IMG/VR virus record: IMGVR_UViG_2645727901_000019
Source: a virus
Lineage: Duplodnaviria; Heunggongvirae; Uroviricota; Caudoviricetes
Direction: 5' to 3' (one strand)
DNA length: 5,635 nucleotides
This document shows positions 1 to 4,348 of the stretch, in pieces. The notes under the pieces are model-generated. The model was given only the letters and a program-made list of their open reading frames with translations. It made no database searches and was not told the DNA's origin. The stretch's first letter is position 1; every line of letters starts with the position of its first letter. The position numbers were made by a program, and so were the translations under genes.

Positions 1-78
1 TCGCTGTCGTTCTCAAAATCGGTGGAGCTGCATGACAAAGTCATCGGGCATTATCTGAACATAAAACACTATCAATAA
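1..78 (+). CDS. Possible 3' end of an upstream gene (partial, 25 codons); product unknown
   Basis: Frame +1 is open from base 1 to TAA at 76-78 (SLSFSKSVELHDKVIGHYLNIKHYQ*); no start inside the window. May instead be part of a frame-disrupted gene continuing in frame 0 (36-314). Confidence 0.25.
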   Translation, partial: SLSFSKSVELHDKVIGHYLNIKHYQ

Positions 79-152
79 GTTGGAGTCATTACCTTGCCTT
101 ACAACAGTATATTGAATGGAATTTAATTCAAAAATACGGCGAAGCTGAAGGA

Positions 153-314
153 ATGGGAAGAGCGCTGTTTCTTTATCAGAAAATGCTCACTACTTCCCCT
201 GATAAAGGTTTCATTCTTTCAGATATGGGTCGAGAAGGGCTTGAAATCCTTCTGGATGAAATTATTAACGAAATGAATACTCATGGCATGCAATCCGAAA
301 CAGATATTAAGTAA
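153..314 (+). CDS. Possible small hypothetical protein (53 aa)
   Basis: First ATG of a frame-0 ORF open from 36 to TAA 312-314 (MGRALFLYQKMLTTSPDKGFILSDMGREGLEILLDEIINEMNTHGMQSETDIK). GAAGGA lies directly against the ATG, so SD spacing is poor. Low-GC segment. Weak call. Confidence 0.25.
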   Translation: MGRALFLYQKMLTTSPDKGFILSDMGREGLEILLDEIINEMNTHGMQSETDIK

Positions 315-324
315 AAGGGACCAC

Positions 325-573
325 ATGACCGTTATCGAGTATATCCAGGAAAATCCAGATTGCAGTAGAGAAGATATATCCCTCGCACTTGGAAGAAGCG
401 CAACTTCTATCAGTAATGAATTATCACGGTTATTGTGGAATGGGTTAATAGTACGAACTGGAGAAAAAAACAAAATGATTCTGTACTGCGTAAACAATCT
501 GCCGTTTGGATACAGCAATCCCCTAAGTGTTATGTTCAACCAGTTACTTAAACAGGTAAGAAATGGCAACTGA
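325..573 (+). CDS. Small winged-helix-turn-helix DNA-binding protein (82 aa), function unknown
   Basis: ATG 325 preceded by AAGGGA (315-320). Translation MTVIEYIQENPDCSREDISLALGRSATSISNELSRLLWNGLIVRTGEKNKMILY... has the helix-turn-helix-wing pattern of MarR/ArsR-like wHTH proteins (recognition-helix candidate SISNELSRL, wing IVRTGEKNKMILY). An in-frame ATG at 283 lacks an SD. Lies in the low-GC segment. Confidence 0.6.
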   Translation: MTVIEYIQENPDCSREDISLALGRSATSISNELSRLLWNGLIVRTGEKNKMILYCVNNLPFGYSNPLSVMFNQLLKQVRNGN

Positions 574-880
574 CTCACAACTAACCATAGAAACGGCCCT
601 GAATGTCGGCCTGGCGCTCCTTGGTTATTTTTACATCGTGTTCTGCAGCGGACGGTGGCTGTCGCTGTTGTTCCTGAAAAAATGGAATAAACGCCGTAAG
701 CAGGATGAACGCCAGAAGGCAATGAATGCGTTTTCCGAAGCCTTCGGAATTGACGGCATGGAACCAGGGGATCCAGCTCGCGCAATCAGCAGAGGGGGTG
801 TAGTAATCCTTGTATATCGGAGTGAAGAGAAAAATGACGATCACAAAACAACGAGTAGAAAAAATCATATATCGCCATGA
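563..880 (+). CDS. Small membrane protein (105 aa): one long hydrophobic helix then a basic/charged tail
   Basis: ATG 563 with AGGT 5 nt upstream; overlaps the wHTH stop (TGA 571-573) by 11 nt. Residues ~11-38 (TALNVGLALLGYFYIVFCSGRWLSLLFL) are hydrophobic, followed by KKWNKRRKQDERQK. Codon usage resembles neighbouring genes. Confidence 0.5.
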   Translation: MATDSQLTIETALNVGLALLGYFYIVFCSGRWLSLLFLKKWNKRRKQDERQKAMNAFSEAFGIDGMEPGDPARAISRGGVVILVYRSEEKNDDHKTTSRKNHISP

Positions 881-1148
881 AATGGGACTGAACAGCGATG
901 TCACTGCCGAAGAGGTTTATGACCTGGCTGTACTGGCGCTGAATTTATCAAATATCGCAAACCTGAAGCGATACGAGCTTGATATGGATGGTTGCGACTC
1001 GTGCGGTCAGGATTGTGGCGCAGATATGACTGAAAATCCTGATGGTGATTATGTCCTGTTTGATGACGTGGTTAAGTTGTTTGAATTTGATACAACCACT
1101 CAAAAGTTAGAAATCCCGGCAAAGGAGGCTGCCAGTGAGCAAGATTGA
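834..1148 (+). CDS. Hypothetical acidic protein (104 aa)
   Basis: First ATG (834) of the ORF, with GGAG (819-822) and GAAGAG upstream; stop TGA 1146-1148. Alternative start ATG 882 lies 1 nt after the upstream stop (ccATGAaATGg). Acidic, Cys-containing segment DMDGCDSCGQDCGADMTENPDGDY. No family recognised. Confidence 0.55.
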   Translation: MTITKQRVEKIIYRHEMGLNSDVTAEEVYDLAVLALNLSNIANLKRYELDMDGCDSCGQDCGADMTENPDGDYVLFDDVVKLFEFDTTTQKLEIPAKEAASEQD

Positions 1149-1177
1149 CTATCAGGCACTGCGCGAGGCGGCGGAAC
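1119..1177 (+). repeat. Direct repeat copy A (59 bp): RBS plus first ~14 codons of an Ea22-like N-terminal module
   Basis: Base-by-base alignment with 1804-1862 gives 50/59 identical (~85%). Identity starts abruptly at GCAAAGGAGGC and decays after GCGGAAC. Confidence 0.85.
1122..1128 (+). promoter_or_regulatory. Consensus Shine-Dalgarno AAGGAGG for GTG start at 1135
   Basis: Perfect AAGGAGG with 6-nt spacing to GTG; embedded in the 3' end of the upstream CDS. Confidence 0.6.
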
Positions 1178-1320
1178 AGGCAACGCAAGATGAATGGGTA
1201 GCATATATTTTGCCGGGTCATAACGGCATTTATCCTGCGCGCACGTCTGAGGGTAGGCATTGTGCGGATACTTTATTGACTGGCCTGGCGTCTGTCAGGG
1301 GCGGGAGAGCATCAACATGA
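1135..1320 (+). CDS. Ea22-like N-terminal module, truncated (61 codons); possibly a gene fragment or pseudogene
   Basis: GTG 1135 sits 6 nt after a perfect AAGGAGG (1122-1128). N-terminus MSKIDYQALREAAEQATQDEW is paralogous to the N-terminus of the 1820-2305 product (MSEINYQALREVAERA). The ORF stops at TGA 1318-1320 after a tail that does not resemble the paralogue. Confidence 0.45.
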   Translation: MSKIDYQALREAAEQATQDEWVAYILPGHNGIYPARTSEGRHCADTLLTGLASVRGGRAST

Positions 1321-1823
1321 GCATCAGAACCTACGCAGTGAATTGCAATGACGCATGGCTAAACACCGAAGGTGATGACATCTCCGGCTCATACGTTAAG
1401 TACAAAGACCATCAGGAAGTGGTTGCCGCTCTTGAGGCCAAGTGCGCGGCGCTGGCAGCGGAGAATGCGGGAATAAAGTCTGCAATTCCAGAATCACGGG
1501 ATATTGAAGATGACAATGACAATATGGATGACGTATCTCTCGCGGAAGACTTCGGGTTCAATCATGCAATAGAACGGATGAGGAGACAGATACCTGAAAC
1601 GCCAACCACTGATGCTTTCCTGGCTGAAGTCCGGGCGCAGGGGGTGGATGCTGCTATAGAAGCTGCAAAAAATCTGGTGGCCCAAGAATATGAGTATAAG
1701 GATTTCAAAGCGGCGCAGAGTGATTGCTGTATGTACCCTGGTTCAGACCTGGTAGGGAAGGTTGAAATGACTGAGTGGTTAGTTGACTTTGCTGCCCAGC
1801 TTCGCAAAGGAGGCAACCAGTGA
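1317..1823 (+). CDS. Hypothetical protein (168 aa); possibly the displaced C-terminal part of an Ea22-like gene
   Basis: ATG 1317 overlaps the upstream TGA (ATGA); GGGAGAG SD 7 nt upstream. The segment HQEVVAALEAKCAALAAEN resembles PETVLALLDERERN in the 1820-2305 paralogue. Stop TGA 1821-1823 overlaps the next GTG start (GTGA). Confidence 0.6.
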   Translation: MSIRTYAVNCNDAWLNTEGDDISGSYVKYKDHQEVVAALEAKCAALAAENAGIKSAIPESRDIEDDNDNMDDVSLAEDFGFNHAIERMRRQIPETPTTDAFLAEVRAQGVDAAIEAAKNLVAQEYEYKDFKAAQSDCCMYPGSDLVGKVEMTEWLVDFAAQLRKGGNQ

Positions 1824-1862
1824 GCGAAATTAATTACCAGGCACTGCGTGAGGTGGCGGAAC
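1804..1862 (+). repeat. Direct repeat copy B (59 bp), paralogous to 1119-1177
   Basis: Same alignment as copy A. AAGGAGG and the GTG start are at identical relative positions in both copies. Confidence 0.85.
1807..1813 (+). promoter_or_regulatory. Consensus Shine-Dalgarno AAGGAGG for GTG start at 1820
   Basis: Perfect AAGGAGG with 6-nt spacing to GTG; paralogous to the site at 1122-1128. Confidence 0.65.
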
Positions 1863-2305
1863 GTGCAATTCCAGCAATGGAACGCCTGTTAATGTTGCCA
1901 GCTGATGATGACTTGTTAAGTGAACAGGAACTTAAAGATTACGGTGTGGATATTGATGCGCTCAACGCCTTCAAATTTCTGACCGGACCAGAAACCGTGC
2001 TGGCACTGCTGGATGAACGGGAAAGAAACCTGCAATACATCAAAAGCCGCGATCAGGAGAACGAGGATATTGCGCTAACGGTAGGGAAGCTGCGCGTTGA
2101 GCTTGAAGCAGAAAAACAGCGGGCAAAAGTTCTATTTATGGAAAATGCTCGGCTTAAGTCAGGCATAGCCGGTCTGATACACCTCGGTATTCGATATGCA
2201 GATGTTGAGGTCATGAAAATTGCTGGAGATGCCCAGCTTTCTACCCCATGCACTGACAGCATCATAAACAGCATTGCAACAGGCATTCGCATCAAAGGAG
2301 AGTGA
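1820..2305 (+). CDS. ead/Ea22-like family protein (161 aa) with a coiled-coil-like centre
   Basis: GTG 1820 sits 6 nt after AAGGAGG (1807-1813). N-terminus MSEINYQALREVAERA and internal PETVLALLDERE match my recollection of lambdoid-prophage Ea22-like proteins. Heptad-like charged stretch KLRVELEAEKQRAKVLFMENARLK. Stop TGA 2303-2305. Confidence 0.75.
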   Translation: MSEINYQALREVAERAIPAMERLLMLPADDDLLSEQELKDYGVDIDALNAFKFLTGPETVLALLDERERNLQYIKSRDQENEDIALTVGKLRVELEAEKQRAKVLFMENARLKSGIAGLIHLGIRYADVEVMKIAGDAQLSTPCTDSIINSIATGIRIKGE

Positions 2306-2306
2306 T

Positions 2307-2822
2307 ATGGCGTTAACACACCACGAACTCTGTCAGATTGCGTACAAGTTCCTTAAGCGCAACGGGTTCAAGGTTTGCTTTCATGACCGCTTTGTTGCTG
2401 TAACCAGTACCGGAGAACAGCCAGATGCTATGGGATTCAGAAATTCAGCATCATGCCTGATAGAGGCGAAGTGTTCTCGTGCTGACTTGTTGGCAGATAG
2501 AAAAAAGCGTTTCCGTAAAAATCCCTCACTTGGCATGGGCGACTGGCGATTCTTTATTAGTGAGCCGGAAATTATTTCAGTTGAGGATTTACCTCCCGGC
2601 TGGGGATTACTTCACGTTGTTAACGGAAGAGTACGGAAAGTACATGGATGGCCCAGGGGTAATTGCTGTTGGGGTAATCCTGACGATAAGCCATTTACTG
2701 GGAATAAGCAGGTTGAATGCGATTACATGTTATCTGCATTAAGGCGCATGGAGTTGAGAGGGCACCTTAATGAAATATATGACGGTGTGATTGTTAATAA
2801 GAAAGAAGGAAACGCGGCATGA
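2307..2822 (+). CDS. Putative PD-(D/E)xK-fold nuclease (171 aa; Hjc/VRR-NUC-like N-terminal core plus Cys/Trp-rich C-terminal region)
   Basis: ATG 2307 lies 1 nt after the upstream stop, with AAGGAG (2295-2300) upstream. Residues 5-60 show helix(E7)-PD(39-40)-x12-EAK(53-55): HELCQIAYKFLKRNGF...QPDAMGF...LIEAKCSRADL. C-terminal part includes GWPRGNCCWGNPDD. An upstream in-frame TTG at 2274 lacks an SD. Confidence 0.7.
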   Translation: MALTHHELCQIAYKFLKRNGFKVCFHDRFVAVTSTGEQPDAMGFRNSASCLIEAKCSRADLLADRKKRFRKNPSLGMGDWRFFISEPEIISVEDLPPGWGLLHVVNGRVRKVHGWPRGNCCWGNPDDKPFTGNKQVECDYMLSALRRMELRGHLNEIYDGVIVNKKEGNAA

Positions 2823-3577
2823 TCACTATTACCAAAGGGCGACTGCTGACAATCAAGCAGTGGCGCGAAACATACGGACCGGGTAGCAACGTTGTACTGC
2901 CAGCAGAAGAAGCGGAAGAACTGGCACGAATTGCACTGGTATCGCTGGAAGCAGAGCCGGTGGCAAAGATTATAGCTCATTACCCATTAGGAGTTGACGT
3001 AGGCAAACAAAAGTTCGTACAGGCCATTGGAGAGCTTCCTGACTTTGGCGGATATCTATTTGCCGCCCCGCCAGCGCCGGTAGTGCCGGAAGAAGCAACT
3101 CCGGAAAACGTAGAAATGCTCTCTGGCTATGTTTCCACGTACAAATTAACCGATAGCGAGCGCGATATTGCTGCCGAAATATGGAACGCCTGCCGCACCG
3201 CCATGCTTCAGTCCGGAAACTTTCGGGAAAGCAAGAATTCGTCAACCAATAATTTTCGGGAAATCCCGGAAGCGTCAACCAGCTCTCCGGTAACTCCGGC
3301 TCTTCTGCCTGGTGGTTTCACCATTGAGGAGGCGAAGGAATTACATGAAGACCTGGTACGCAGCCACATAAGCAAGGCCTTAAGTGGCGAAAAGATGAAA
3401 AAGAAAGATCGCGATGCTGATTTGCGCTGGATTCATGGCGTTATAGTTCAGGCAGCGTGGTTTGTAAAAGCATCACTGGAGCAGAATGCACTATCGGGCA
3501 ACTCTCCGGTAACTCCGGATGGTTGGATAAGCTGTAGTGAGCGAATGCCGGACGACAGGCAGGAGGTGAATCAATGA
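2819..3577 (+). CDS. Hypothetical prophage protein (252 aa) with an internal repeat-rich linker; ends just after a PDGWISCSERMPDD motif
   Basis: ATG 2819 overlaps the upstream TGA (ATGA); GAAGGAAA SD. Contains a 33-bp tandem repeat (FRESKNSSTNN / FREIPEASTSS) and a 17-bp perfect direct repeat in frame 219 bp apart. The C-terminal motif resembles, from memory, the start of a DUF551-type prophage domain. Stop TGA 3575-3577. Confidence 0.7.
   Translation: MITITKGRLLTIKQWRETYGPGSNVVLPAEEAEELARIALVSLEAEPVAKIIAHYPLGVDVGKQKFVQAIGELPDFGGYLFAAPPAPVVPEEATPENVEMLSGYVSTYKLTDSERDIAAEIWNACRTAMLQSGNFRESKNSSTNNFREIPEASTSSPVTPALLPGGFTIEEAKELHEDLVRSHISKALSGEKMKKKDRDADLRWIHGVIVQAAWFVKASLEQNALSGNSPVTPDGWISCSERMPDDRQEVNQ
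3221..3286 (+). repeat. Imperfect 33-bp tandem repeat (2 units) inside the 2819-3577 CDS
   Basis: TTTCGGGAAA recurs at 3221 and 3254 and CGTCAACCA at 3240 and 3273, both with period 33 bp (in frame, 11 codons). Confidence 0.6.
3283..3299 (+). repeat. 17-bp perfect direct repeat, copy 1 (CTCTCCGGTAACTCCGG)
   Basis: Identical 17-mer recurs at 3502-3518, 219 bp (73 codons) downstream in the same frame of the same CDS; flanking bases differ on both sides. Confidence 0.9.
3502..3518 (+). repeat. 17-bp perfect direct repeat, copy 2 (CTCTCCGGTAACTCCGG)
   Basis: See copy 1. Encodes SPVTP in both places (SSPVTPALLPGG vs NSPVTPDGW). Confidence 0.9.
3561..3568 (+). promoter_or_regulatory. Strong Shine-Dalgarno AGGAGGTG for the 27-codon peptide gene
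   Basis: AGGAGGTG lies 5 nt upstream of ATG 3574, inside the last codons of the preceding CDS. Confidence 0.55.
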
Positions 3578-3657
3578 GCTGGCCTGATGCAATCGTAACT
3601 CTGGGGGTGGTATTCGCAGCAGCGTTTGTTGTGTTCTCGATTTGTCGATGGGGATAA
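3574..3657 (+). CDS. Small hydrophobic single-helix peptide (27 aa), not in the supplied ORF track
   Basis: ATG 3574 overlaps the upstream TGA (ATGA); AGGAGGTG (3561-3568) lies 5 nt upstream. Translation MSWPDAIVTLGVVFAAAFVVFSICRWG, stop TAA 3655-3657. Fills the gap between two coupled genes exactly. Confidence 0.45.
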   Translation: MSWPDAIVTLGVVFAAAFVVFSICRWG

Positions 3658-3661
3658 CCAC

Positions 3662-3904
3662 ATGTTCGCTTTGATTCAACGCGGTCAGATATACACGGAC
3701 AGAGCTGGATACCCCGTGGTGATTACTCGCATCACTGAGCACTCAGTGTTCTTTCGACGGATGGACGGACGATCCGGGCGGGTACGCATTGGTGAGTTAA
3801 ACTGCCTGTTCGAACATATTGACCACCAGGAGTACCGCAAAATTCTCGCGGACACTGAGCAGGAAAAGCACCTGAAAAAATTACGAGCCATAAAAAGGAA
3901 GTAA
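3662..3904 (+). CDS. Small hypothetical prophage protein (80 aa)
   Basis: ATG 3662 lies 4 nt after the peptide stop; GGGGA upstream. Translation MFALIQRGQIYTDRAGYPVVITRITEHSVFFRRMDGRSGRVRIGELNCLFEHIDHQEYRK... Possibly a DUF4222-like small prophage protein (recollection only). ORF-track start 3626 is TTG without an SD. Confidence 0.6.
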   Translation: MFALIQRGQIYTDRAGYPVVITRITEHSVFFRRMDGRSGRVRIGELNCLFEHIDHQEYRKILADTEQEKHLKKLRAIKRK

Positions 3905-3907
3905 AGA

Positions 3908-4042
3908 ATGAATAAAGCATTTGAACGATGGGTCCACCAACGTTACGGCAATCGCTATGACCTGACGCGAGATGTTGACGGCTTCTACTGTCGTGAAGTT
4001 GTGAAGCGAATGTTTGAAGTGTGGTGCCACTGCCGTGGATGA
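3908..4042 (+). CDS. Small Cys/His-containing protein (44 aa), unknown function
   Basis: ATG 3908 with AAGGAAG SD (3895-3901), 3 nt after the upstream TAA. Translation MNKAFERWVHQRYGNRYDLTRDVDGFYCREVVKRMFEVWCHCRG; stop TGA 4040-4042. Below the ORF-track size cut-off. Confidence 0.45.
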   Translation: MNKAFERWVHQRYGNRYDLTRDVDGFYCREVVKRMFEVWCHCRG

Positions 4043-4060
4043 AAATTTTATGAGGTTGGC

Positions 4061-4315
4061 ATGCAGACAATCATCTATCAGATAACCCCCAGCAAATGGT
4101 GTACGGAGAGAGTCCTCATTGCATCAACAGGGCTAAAGCCTGGCACCATTGAGCGGGCAAGAAGAAAGTCATGGATGCAGGGAAAAGAATACCGCCATTA
4201 CGCTGTAGAAGGTGATCCGGGGCACTACAGTGAATGCCTGTACAACATCGAAGAAATTATGCGATGGATCGAAAACCAGAAACAACCAGGTGCCAAAAAT
4301 GCAAGTTCCGGTTAA
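4061..4315 (+). CDS. Excisionase-like protein (84 aa; recombination directionality factor candidate)
   Basis: Small basic protein immediately upstream of the integrase on the same strand. Translation ITPSKWCTERVLIASTGLKPGTIERARRKSWMQGKEYRHYAVEG...YNIEEIMRWIE matches my recollection of enterobacterial prophage excisionase-like proteins (DUF1233-type). GAGG 5 nt upstream of ATG 4061. Confidence 0.65.
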   Translation: MQTIIYQITPSKWCTERVLIASTGLKPGTIERARRKSWMQGKEYRHYAVEGDPGHYSECLYNIEEIMRWIENQKQPGAKNASSG

Positions 4316-4348
4316 CCTGTTAATGCTCCTGGACGTCTGGGAGGTTTA

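Noticed and set aside
79-152. Possible sigma70 promoter in the AT-rich gap before the 153 ORF
   Set aside because: Best candidates (TTACAA, 17 bp, TTTAAT; TATATT at 108-113 with no suitable -35) are weak and indistinguishable from chance in AT-rich DNA.
283-324. Upstream in-frame starts from the ORF track (ATG 283, TTG 810, TTG 1260, TTG 2274, TTG 3626)
   Set aside because: Each lacks a plausible Shine-Dalgarno and would overlap the preceding gene extensively. The downstream ATG with an SD was preferred in each case, though N-termini remain unverified.
219-785. 188-aa ORF on the minus strand
   Set aside because: Antisense to two better-supported + strand genes with SD-linked starts; the translation is low-complexity with no recognisable motif and would be the only reverse gene in a tightly packed + strand operon.
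581-904. 107-aa minus-strand ORF
   Set aside because: Shadow ORF opposite the membrane-protein gene and the start of the next gene; no SD-linked start and no recognisable features.
1072-1816. Minus-strand ORFs 1072-1260, 1494-1685 and 1562-1816
   Set aside because: All lie antisense within the Ea22-like region, where the + strand frames show paralogous conserved N-termini and consensus RBSs. Treated as shadow ORFs.
2053-3278. Minus-strand ORFs 2053-2319, 2723-2980 and 2970-3278, and the nested + strand ORF 2479-2742
   Set aside because: Overlap the motif-bearing nuclease-like and 252-aa genes. The nested + ORF is an alternative frame inside the nuclease-like CDS and lacks an SD.
3491-4070. 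Minus-strand ORFs 3491-3742, 3685-3891 and 3732-4070
   Set aside because: Antisense to three + strand genes with good SDs and tight coupling; the translations are Ser/Arg/Cys-rich as expected for antisense of coding DNA.
4300-4348. Palindrome GGTTAACC (~4311-4318) between the xis-like gene and int as a possible terminator or att core
   Set aside because: Only an 8-bp palindrome with no GC-rich stem or following T-run. It overlaps the last codons of the xis-like gene and is too short to call.
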